Of a stretch of 64,000 nucleotides of DNA, positions 36,297 to 54,247 are shown piece after piece; the first letter of the stretch is position 1, and every line of letters starts with the position of its first letter. The position numbers were made by a program, and so were the translations under genes. The notes beneath the pieces were generated by a model. That model was not told the DNA's origin. It saw only the letters and a program-made list of their open reading frames with translations, and did no database searches. Origin of the DNA: Lingula anatina (Eukaryota > Animalia > Brachiopoda); assembly GCA_051362555.1 (NCBI GenBank), contig CM120640.1:33623967-33687966 (forward strand), written 5' to 3'.

Positions 36297-38767
36297 TTAA
36301 TTGACTTGGGTAAAATATTCCCTTGAACCCTCTAGAGTTGGCGTGATGGTGGGGGAGTCTGGCTGCCAGTTGGCAGGACACACTGAAAGATGAAGTTTTC
36401 TTGTTTAATAATAGCTGCTATCCAAATCATCTTTGGTAAACCACAATTTATATTTTTAAATAAAAATTTTTTAATTTAAAAATTTTGTAATCTCAGATGA
36501 AAAATTTGTCATTATTTTAATAATTATGTATCTTATAATGAAATGATATTCAAAACAATTATCTATAAAATGTCAATAATTACCACAGGTTTCAATACAA
36601 CAAACTTTGTAACAACTGGTATTAATAATAAACTTCTTGCAAAAGTCAGGGAGGTTGCCCTCTACAACATGCAATTTCAGTACAACAAACTAGTAAACAG
36701 CTGGTACATGTAACTTACAACTACCTAACTCAAATATGTGTTTTCTCACTTAATACGTAATACTTATATTTAAATTCTCACCTTCGCCATGTTCCTCTAC
36801 AAACTGAAAAGCCTGCACCGTTCTCAATGCTTCATCCACTGACCTCCCCACAGGCAAGTCATTCACTGTCATATGTCGCACCAGGCCATTAGGATCTATT
36901 AAGAAAAGACCCCTGAAATTAAAAAAAAAATTATAATATAATATTAATTAAGCAAGATTCATGTTGCAATCCACAACCTTAAATATAAATATTAGTAAAT
37001 AAATGAAATAAAGAAAAGCATTTTTTAACAACTTATTTTTTATATTTAATACAATTCCATAAGCATATTGTCAGTCCCCCTTGGGATTCAATGTATTGTA
37101 TATCACAATCTAAATTTTCCACCTAATTTGGCCATTTAATAGTTGAAGGGATTTGAGAAAAAAGTTACTAAAATTTAGTGCCTAAATATCACTCATAAAA
37201 TACCTATAGAAAGTACTGACCTCAATGCCACACCTTTCTCTTCCAGAAGCACTCCGTAGTCCGTGGCAATGGTTTTCTTAAAGTCAGACAAGAGTGGATA
37301 TTTGCACTCCCCTAGTCCTCCTTCCTGTAAGAGAAGTACTTCCGTTTTCAGTACAGTATTTGTTAATCTACTACAACCAAATCAAGATGGGGGTTGTCAC
37401 AGAAAATGTGTCTTAAACTGGAAGCAAAATTACAAAGTAACTTTTATTCTCACATAGCTGCATGGTTATAAACTTAAAGCTGTATTTGTAAGTAAATTTT
37501 ATATAGAATTCTCCTGGAATCTGAAACATCATTTTTAACATATTCAAAAATGACTTACCTTTTTAGGTGTGTTGATCCATGCCAAATGACTAAATACTGA
37601 ATCTGTTGATACCCCAATCACTTCTGTGTTTATGGCATGAAACTCTGCAATCCTGTCACTAAATGCAATCAGTTCAGTTGGGCAGACAAATGTGCTGAAA
37701 TAAGGAAAGGTAACAAAAATAAAAAGAATTACAATCAAATATAAGCTTTCAGTGTTTTTTTTATCATATCTTTTGGACAACTATTCTTTTAAAAATACCA
37801 AACAGGTTCAAGCATGTTTTGTCAATCAAAGCTCAATATAAGCCAAGTGCATGCTGCAGTGAATACTTAACTATGTAAAATTGACTTAACAATTATAAAA
37901 CCAAAATTATTGTGCACACAAAGAAATTATTGAAGGAAAGCAAAGCCACACATGCACTTACAAGTCTTGAGGGTAAAAAAGCAAGATAACATATTTCCCT
38001 CTATAGTCAGTCAAGTTTAACTCCTTGATGGCACCATCAACCGCTGCTTCTCCTTTGAAATCTGGGGCTGGCTGCTGAACTTTGGCTTCAACTTAAATAT
38101 GATGAAAAGGTGATTTTCTATTTGTACAGATGAAAAAATATAATACAGTACTTCTAAATTTCACGATGAAAAAAATTACCTACCCTTTTGCCCAATAGGA
38201 AACAAGTCTTACAAGTACTACATCATTTATGTGTATGAGTGACAATAAGTCAATTATGTTTGTTTACTCAGTATCAAAATTTTATAACAGCAATTTGTCT
38301 TGGTGTGTTTTAAGTATTAAATCACTTCAAAAGTCGACGTGCAAATAAATCATAAGCAAATAATACTAATATTAAATCCAACACGTAATGTCTTCTTCAA
38401 GACAATATGATACATCTCTCTAAAATCTGTGAACGCAAATAATGCAAAAATGAAAGTACTTTTGCTCTCTGAATAATTCTAAAAGGAAAACGACAACATA
38501 CATCTGTTTGGTGTTACGTGCAGATATCTTTGCGATCCTGTGATGACACCAACCCTTGTGACTAGTTTTGGAGCCAGAGAAGTCTGAAGCTAAAAACGTA
38601 CTGGTACTCATTTATTTATTAGTTTCAACTTCAACATGTTAACGTTAAAATTAATTAATTGTGGTGAAAAATTCATTAGTAACTTTATATCTGCATTTTA
38701 ACTGATTTTTATATTAATCTTCCTTTAGTCTTACCAAACGACGGGCAGTTCTTGCAATCGAAGCCAT
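36297..38767 (-). CDS. PRDX3: Mitochondrial typical 2-Cys peroxiredoxin
   Basis: Exons 38767-38735, 38589-38502, 38091-37962, 37694-37559, 37324-37221, 36912-36782, 36382-36297. Arg-rich transit peptide [37 protein letters not shown]-terminal YF. Confidence 0.93.
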
Positions 38768-39198
38768 TTCTTGCAATAATTTTAAAATTACGTAAAGTTC
38801 ACCTTGACAATCAACGAACCATGCAGCCGGTCGTTTTTAATAAATCCGCAAAGTAGCCTCATTCGCAGGATTTCGTTTTATATGGATTTTCCGTCAAACG
38901 AGACTCACCCTTGGAGAATATGGCCATGTGCGAAATTATTGTACTCACGTTTCTTTTGATATGACACCCAATTCGTATAAACAAGTACGAAATTCAAGAG
39001 AGGTGTTTCGTTTTTCAGAATTCTCGAAAAAGTCCACGTTCTGCCATATTTTCTTAACCTGCCGTTAATATGAACATTGCTGTGCTTTAGGCTTGTCTTG
39101 TGTTCTAATTTGAAGGTCAATGTCATGTGTCAGATCGGGCCATGTGTATTAGCTGTTGGTAGGCTCGGTAAACTGAAAGGTGGGAAACTGCGGAAGTA
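38768..39198. promoter_or_regulatory. Bidirectional promoter PRDX3/LSM1
   Basis: Divergent start codons 431 bp apart; CpG-retaining; ETS-like CGGAAGT at 39191. Confidence 0.7.
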
Positions 39199-39801
39199 AT
39201 GAATTATTTACCGGGGACTGCGAGCCTTATAGAAGAAATAGACAGTAAGTATATTAAATATTTTATCTGCAAAACTGACGACAAATGAGTTACATATCTT
39301 AAAAGCCATAATTAAAGAGGAATACAATGACAATGTAATAACTTGAGTACATACTACATGTATTTACTGTATTACCACTGCTGCCAGTGCTGGTATACTT
39401 TAGATTGCCATTTGCCACTATTGGTACTGCAGAGTGTGCAATGTGCTGACAGTGTAGTGAATTCACTGTCTCTGTTCTACGTAACGATTTTGCTGTCTTC
39501 ACACCTCTAGCATTTGTCTTTTGAGCTTTAATAATTCATTTGGTGTCCCTGTTGGAAAAGAAATTGCAAGAAGTTGAATTCATTTTATTTGGCAGTTATC
39601 AGTACTGGTAGAAATAGAATACACATCTGAGACATACCAGTCTGTAATAGTGAGTTTGATGCAAATATACTTGCAATTTGTTTTAATTCATTGAGTATAT
39701 GACATGTGTCATGTTTGGATTTCAGAAAAGCTTTTGGTTGTATTAAGAGATGGAAGGACCCTGATAGGATACTTGAGAAGCATAGATCAGTTTGGTAAGT
39801 T

Positions 39802-39837
<36 letters not shown>

Positions 39838-39892
39838 ACGGTGTATAAAGTCCCATTTCATGTATTTTCACCATATCCATTTATCTATTTCT

Positions 39893-39929
<37 letters not shown>

Positions 39930-40953
39930 GTCTTTGGCAGGCTTTGATTGGTTAATTCTTCCACGTGATGAGAATCGTCTTCACGTGATCCTAGTCGTTT
40001 GCCGCGCCCTTTTTTGACTCTCTCTTTTGTACCTGACCAGAACGGTGGTACATATACTTCATTCTCTATTCTACAGGTGAAATAAATTAAATCTATTACA
40101 CAGTAGTTTGTTTTTTTAACCAATAAAAACAAACTGTGACATATATGTATCGTATATATAAATAGTATATATAAATAAATTATGATATTATTAATGAGCT
40201 CATCCTGTATAGATGAGTTTGCCTTATCAAATATTTTTTTTTTTAGATCTGATAACAATATTGCCTAATAATTTTTGTGTTATAACAAGAGGTTACTTAC
40301 TCATTTTACTGATAAAATGTAAATTGCAATAGATGCTACATGATACAATGTCTTGATATTGTAGCCAATCTGGTGTTGCACCGGACAATTGAAAGAATCC
40401 ATGTGGGAAAGAAATATGGCGATATTCCCAGAGGCATTTTTGTTGTTAGAGGAGAGAATGTTGTGCTTTTGGGAGAAATAGTAAGTACACTGGATTAAAA
40501 AAAGCTTTTAATTTATGCAAAGATGTAATAATGTGTACTTCCAGGTGTAATGCAAAATACAGGCATTCAGCATGTATTGTTAGTATACAAATAGCTTGAA
40601 ATCATATGAAGTTTACTGTTTTTGATTTCATAAAAGTATTTGATATCAGTTGAATGGTGGCAGAGGAACAGGTATGGTATGTGAGTGTTCATTCAAAGCC
40701 ATCACATTTTGCAAAATTTAGATTACATCTACTGTATAGCTTTATTCAACTTTAACTATTGCTTTACTCATTTTTCTTTAAGGATATGGAAAAAGAAGGT
40801 CAGCTTCCCCTGGAGGAAGTCAAGATAGAGGAAATACTCGCAATGCAGCAAGAAGAACAAACTGTTAAAAAACAAGAGGAAGAAAAGAAAAAGAAAGCAC
40901 TAGTAGAAAGGGGGATACAACCTCATGTTGATCAAATACAAGAAGATTTTTAG
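39199..40953 (+). CDS. LSM1: Sm-like protein LSm1
   Basis: Exons 39199-39244, 39726-39794, 40365-40480, 40783-40953 give [78 protein letters not shown]... Confidence 0.96.
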
Positions 40954-41831
40954 CATATTAGTATGTTGAACAACATTCAAAGGAATCTACCAAGAGGCAT
41001 AATGCGTGTGACTGGGTATAGACTTGAGGGCTGTATTTATTTTTATTTTTTAATTTTTCAGCCAGTGTTTGCCAAGCCACCGAGAGGACAAACAGCAGAG
41101 TCAGACACCTATCTGAAAGTTAATATGTTTCTACATCAATATTATTTGCAATGAATAAAGTCCAAATCTTCAGTTTCACTTAATTCCGTCAAGAGCCCCA
41201 TAGAGGGAATGTATATTTTTAAGTATTTGCTATAAAGCAAAGTATGGGCGGAATGAGCTCCAGTTTAGTTGTAAAAGAAATAGTGGATGTATTTCTTTCT
41301 GAGAAGTTTCATGTTGAACAGGCAAACATCTTTGCATAGATTATGTGTCATTTTTAAGGAAAATGGTGCATATGGAAGAAGTTTCATTTTTCATTGATGA
41401 AACAACCTGTCTATTATGTCTTGTTTATTTGATATTTAAGAAAATAAAATATACATGTAATAGCAATTTAATTCTTGTATTATTTTAATTATTAACATTT
41501 TTGAAAAACATAGGTATGCCATATAATGTTATGCAAATATCGCTTAAAAACAAGTCATTACATAAATAACAATTTAAGTAAAATGATACCGAAATTTGAA
41601 TATTGATTGTTTTTACACATTTAATAGCACGTACTTCACAGGTGGGAGTGATATTCTCTCCTGGGTGACCCTCACCAGAAGGCAGGGTTGTATCTAGGAA
41701 ACTAACCTTTGTAGATACCCTGATTATAAGGGGCACAGAAAAATTGGGTTCAACAAACTGGTTGCAGTGATGCATAAATATGATGCCAAGAGAGAAGAAA
41801 CCACGATAACCCCGTCCACCCCAGTGGCTGA

Positions 41832-44800
41832 ATGATGATGGTGATGATGAACATTGCGTTAGGTGCGCCGGGTTATCACAACCAGATGCACTGCAAGATT
41901 GGTAAAGTTCAAAAGTGCATGTTTCACTTTATTGGTTTATAAATCGCGCAGTTCAAATGTTGATTTTTACAACAGAAAACATTTTGTTTTTGTAAGAAAT
42001 GATTAGGGGAAAAAAGAATAAACGATTACAGAAAGACCGGAAACGAGAAGGACACATGTGCTGACCTCATTTCTAATTTTCATTTAGTACAAAATGGATG
42101 GTTTCAAGCATCCAACATGAGGCAAATGCGTGGAGAGTGCAAGAGCAGACGAAAGATGTCGCAAAGCGGTAACATGACGGACTTTCTGCTGTCTGGATTT
42201 TTTTCACCAGGTTTGAAATTTTTAACACTTTGGTCAACAGAATATAATTTTTGTTTTACTAGAGACATCGTGTATAATCGAATAATTGAATGTAATCATC
42301 AGGTAAGGCTAGCAATGTTTTAGAAACCACGCGTTTTCCGACTCACGAATCTTGGCTCCACCCGACCCTGGATTGGATGCTTAATACCATTTTTAATGAA
42401 AAGATTTATTTCCAAATGACTCCCGAGTCATTTAGACCTCCATTTTTTTAACATTTCAAAAGGAGATATTGACACCAGAGGCTTTTGTTTTAGGGATTTA
42501 AATCTAAGCATTTACAAAAATTAAAATAAAATTAGAAAGGCCTGAATTGGGAAAAAATTGCAGGGGTCATAAAATAAAAAAAAAATCTTTAGGACATTTT
42601 CAAATGCGTATAGTAGACAAAGCTTCAATGGTAATGTTGCCCAAATCGTGATCAAAAACATCATAACTGGAAAAAATTAGCACATGTAATACAAACAAGG
42701 CATATTATAAATAACATAAACAAAAGTGCTACATGCTTTTTTTTTTTCAAACCATAAAGGTGCCTATTAAGTGAAGTGTGTTAGTACTAATTGAGAGAGA
42801 GAAAGGGGAGATATAAGCCATCCTATCAAAGGCCAAGACAAGGCTGCTTATATACATGTATTTACTTGTGTAATACGAGTCTCTGAAGAGCTTTTGATCT
42901 CTGCTTTCTAACACATCTTATCTATTTCAGAGTACAATGTTCCTGCTCAGACTGTAGCTCCTTTGACAGCAACATTAGAGTTGCTGCAAATTTCATTTGA
43001 ATCCCAACCTGCCCCTCAGCTGTACAAAATGCTGCTAGCCCTTCTCTATGACTATAACCCTCATCTTGGACATGAGCACAGGAAAAAGGTGAACATTGGA
43101 AAAAATTACCTTCAGAAAAAATAATTTATGCAGTCTTGTGCATTCATTTCTCAAAAAGAAAATAATTATAGTGAATCAGCATTCAAATGTGGATTACTTA
43201 TAAAATGCAGTATAAGTTTTAAATACAAAATTATTTTTAAAGAAAATTAATGCTTTTTATCTTAATTGTTTTTTAATGTAAAAAGCTTGTAACAAACCAA
43301 TATTTCAGTTATGTTTCTAAAATATGTTCTGATGTTGAAAAAGTCTTTACTCAGGCATTGTTTCTTATTTCAGGTGTCAAGATACATTCGGATTCTTTTG
43401 GAACCCCATCCAGAGTTAGCAGATTACCTAATCTCTCTTCTCCCCTGGTGTAAAGATGATCCCCCTCCAGACTATTCACAGACTGTCAAGTTCAGAGCTG
43501 GCAGTAAAAGGTATTCTGCTAATGCACTACATTTTTGCTGTAATTAAGAGCCTGAGCTCCTTTTATTGTCTCAACTACATAGTGTTCAGAGTTATTAATT
43601 TGAAAATTATTAATCTCAAGGATATATACTTTGTTACCTACAGGCCCGCAGCATCGAGCCAGAATGTCAGCTCCCAGGCCACAGGCAAGCCATCTCAACT
43701 TGTCTCCTTCTATAACTATACCCCACCAGCTGTCAGTGCCTATGTCAAGTCACAGGGAGTGCCCACCAAGATCACAAAGGTCACCCCAGGTAGCCTCACG
43801 GAACAGCAGACAGATGCTGACCATCTTGTGAGTCAGCAAAGAACTACCAGTGCCAGTGCCAGTAGGCCATCTGAAACTGGAAATATTAGGGATGGAGGCA
43901 CTGCTCACGCTAATTTTTCTAGGTCAGGTGGCTCTGGTGACAATGGCGTTGCAGGCAGTGGGTTTCCTAAGTTGGTTATCATTACTGAAGATTCTAAATC
44001 ATCTAGGAATACTAGTGATTCAACCACAGCCAGAGAAATCCAGAAAACTGAACTTCAGCAAAGCTGTGAAGACAAGAATGATGACAAACCTAGAAAAGTT
44101 TTACTCCACAAACTTCAACAGCCAAAAGAATTGGTGGAAGACTTGGGTAGTAGTGCAAGATCCACAACATCAGTGCAAAATGAAAAGCAACAGCAAGACA
44201 GGAAGGATTTAGACCAAAAGATGCCACATCCTTTATATCACTATGGCCCATTGTCAAGTTTATACAGTCACAGTTTCCCATATTATCAAGAGGTGACCAC
44301 CCTTGATGGAAACACCCACAAATTCCGTGTGAATGCCGGGGACAGCACAATCCAACCTGCACACCTTCAACAGGCACAGGTGTACTCAAGTCCAAGATCA
44401 CAAAAACCTGTCACAACACCACCAGTTCAGGGTTCTCCTCAGTCATGCCATATAAGAGATAGAAGCCCTTCAAGTCCAGCTACATCCATTGGCAGCAGCC
44501 CACATGTGAAGCAAGAAATGGGTAATTCTCCAATGCCAAATGCTGAGAGTCCACAATTCAAGAAAGAGAGAACCATTCCAAGGATTATTAGGCGTGTGAC
44601 AACATTTAGACCACCAGCTCCTGAGAAAATTGAACAAGGCCCACTGAATCTGTGCACACGTCCGTTAGAAAGATCTGGCCATGAAGAAAGTGTCCTTAGT
44701 GAAGAAGGGAAAAAGCTACTTACTCAATCAAAGCCCATGCCTGAAGCACATAGAGATAACTACATGGCTCTTGGGAATATGACAGAAGTAATGTCAAAAC

Positions 44801-45054
44801 TAGGCACAGATGTTGCTTCAAACAGTGTCATGCGCCTGACATCACTTGTAAATGTGGTTACCACAGATAAGCCAGCAGCTTCGACAACATCAGTCTCACT
44901 GGTAGGTCAGCCAACACCTTCTGTGCCTGAAACTAGCTTTGAAGTGCCTGGCTACTACTCAAGATTGACATCTCACCCTTCTCCACCCAATTATGATGCC
45001 TCGTGGAGACCACGGAGGGGGCAACGGAAACGAAAGAAGAAATCTCGAGATTGA
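41832..45054 (+). CDS. Uncharacterised nuclear protein: N-terminal PAH/harmonin-homology-like helical domain, disordered S/T/P/Q-rich body, PLNL motif, C-terminal NLS (about 591 aa)
   Basis: Exons 41832-41901, 42931-43088, 43374-43510, 43644-45054 join in frame (phases 1, 0, 2). The first exon is the least certain. Confidence 0.7.
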
Positions 45055-45728
45055 GGGCTAAATTTTGCTTGTTGCTTTGTTCTTGGGCTCATTGGGCATT
45101 GACAGTTTTCCAACCGAGTTTTATTTTCACTGAATAAATTGAGAGTGCATGCATAGCATAAATAGCTTATAGCTGGTCGAATGAAAAAAAAATGTGAATT
45201 TCTCATCATTTAGTGTTAGTTTGACTATTTCATTTTTTTTGTTAATTACAAATTGATTGTTATTTGTGGACAATAAATTTTTGGATTTCTTGTATAGGCA
45301 CATGAAAGCTGCCTAAGGATATTTTAGCAGTTGTTTGATGATACATTTCTTAATTTCAGTTGTTTCACCTTGATAACCTACAAAGTTTGAGAAGGCAGTT
45401 GGTGCCTTTTCATTGAAACGTTTATTGGTTTAGAATGCTACTGTGCTAATTAACACATTAAATCGAATGTTTGTCATATATCATTTATTTGAATTAAAAT
45501 TACTGAATATAGATTCCTTAAATGTGTTGCTAATAAAATATTTTAGCATTAGTTTAACAAGTTTTTTAAATTGTGAAAATACTTTTTTCACAGAGCTCAG
45601 AAATATTGAAAGAAAAAAAAAAAATTAAAGTGAAAGTGCATATTCTGATGTAGACATTACAATCAAAATCAAGGGCATGGCAAAGCACAATACCATAATT
45701 GCACCAGCTATCTCTAGTAAAATACTTA

Positions 45729-46030
45729 GGCCGCATTCACATCGAGAAGAGCCGAGGCTCTACAAAGCCAAGAACTAAATATGGCCGACGTACATGAAAA
45801 GAAAACCGCCTAATCTTTTAATAATCTCTCTGCCTCTCACATGCCTCCCCACGCATCGTCTCTGTGGGGGTACAGTCATTAAATCTCCGCTCCATTGGGA
45901 TGACGCATGGGGAGGCGTGTGAGAGGCGAAGAGACCATGAAAGGATTAGGCAGTTTTCCTTTCATGTATGTCGGCCATATTTAGTTCTCGGCTTTGTAGA
46001 GCCTTGGCTGTTCTCAATGTGAATGCGGCC
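45729..46030. mobile_element. Foldback PIF/Harbinger-type MITE
   Basis: GGCCGCATTCACAT...ATGTGAATGCGGCC with a TTA target duplication; arms complementary over about 130 bp. Confidence 0.92.
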
Positions 46031-46366
46031 TTATATTATAATTAATATCTGCTCTGGATCAAATGATGACTAAATGATAAAAAAATCCAAATATTAAATA
46101 AACTTAAGCAAACAACTATATTAAATCTATCCCTTTTCTTTACATTAATAGTGTTCAAACAGGTCTTCCCTATGGCCCCTTCTACTTTTTTAATATCACA
46201 GAAAAGAAAATATCATGGATCAAAGTTGATGTCAGAAAGAATCCTTGTGTGTCTGTGACAGTCTGTATGTCACTAGCTCTTACATCAGATGAAAATACTT
46301 GACCAACTCTCCCAGTATCTTTTGCTGGTGTATTTGTGACATCAACTCTAAGCCTCTGATACAGTG

Positions 46367-53054
<6,688 letters not shown>

Positions 53055-53415
53055 TTTGTCATTAAAGTTATGCCTGAAACAAAGCCAAATGAAGTCTCAA
53101 CTGCTGTGGAAATGATTTGTTCAACATTTTGAGAGAGAGAGATAGAGCGAGAGAGAGAGAGAGGGAGGGGGGGGGAGAATTTAGTAAGCATGATCCATTT
53201 GTCCAATCTTAACTGGTTAGAATACCGAGATGTCACATTAAGTTCCAATTTCGGGAACCAGAATTCCGCCTTAAGAAGCAGCTGTTAAACAAAAAGCATT
53301 GGATTAATTACACCGGTAACAAGCTACCAAAGTAATAACACTCAAAACAGCAATATCTTAATGGAATTAACGGCCACGTCACCAACTGAGAAATGAAATA
53401 TTAAAAGAAACTTAC

Positions 53416-53720
53416 CTCAAATAGTCACGGCAAACATATTTCTTCTTATTTAAGAGTAATCTGCACTTTTGAATTTATTTCAAGGTAACCAGTATGCTGT
53501 AAAATACAGATTCATTATTTTCTAACTCCACCGTGTCAATAAGTTGCTCAAAGTACGCATGCGTAGTGGCAAAATGCTTGCATCGATGTAGACCTTCCGT
53601 TTCAAGAAAAGCAACGTGATTGAAGAGAAAACGATCCTGGACGGAACCTTAAAATGCAGAAACCATCATAGCTGTTTGCATTGCACACCGATGATTATCT
53701 TTTAGGTGCAAGGTTGAGTG
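53416..53720. promoter_or_regulatory. Bidirectional promoter SLC30A5/IPO11
   Basis: Divergent genes; palindrome TACGCATGCGTA (NRF1-like) at 53554-53565. Confidence 0.65.
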
Positions 53721-54030
53721 AGATATATTTATGGGATACTTTGGTTGGGACCTTGCTGAGTGTTGTTGTAGATTTGTTTCATAACCAAGTTCCATGTTCA
53801 TACGTGCAAGTCAACTTTATTTTTCAAGTTCAACTCAACGTAAAGACCGTTCAACTAATTCAACTCAAAGAAAAGGTCGATGTCATTGTCAGTCTTTGGT
53901 CCATTTGTTTTTTAAATACTTTCTTTGCTATATGCTCTTTAACAGAAGTTAGAATCGTGATGTTGTGCATGATTGATTTTATACAGTGATATATAATGTA
54001 CGTTATAAATCGTGTTTCAGACTGGCGACC

Positions 54031-54190
54031 ATGGACCCAGCTACAGCAGGTCCAGTAGTTTTGGACACCTTGACCAGGGCATGTAGTCAGACCAGTGATG
54101 TGTTCAAGTTGGCTGAGCAACAGCTGAAAGAATGGGAGGTGAATCCAGGTTTTTATAGCATACTGATGGTGAGTATATATATATTTTCTA

Positions 54191-54247
<57 letters not shown>

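Noticed and set aside
43456-43643. N-terminus of the 532 aa ORF in the track
   Set aside because: Starts out of frame in an exon and reads through intron 43511-43643.
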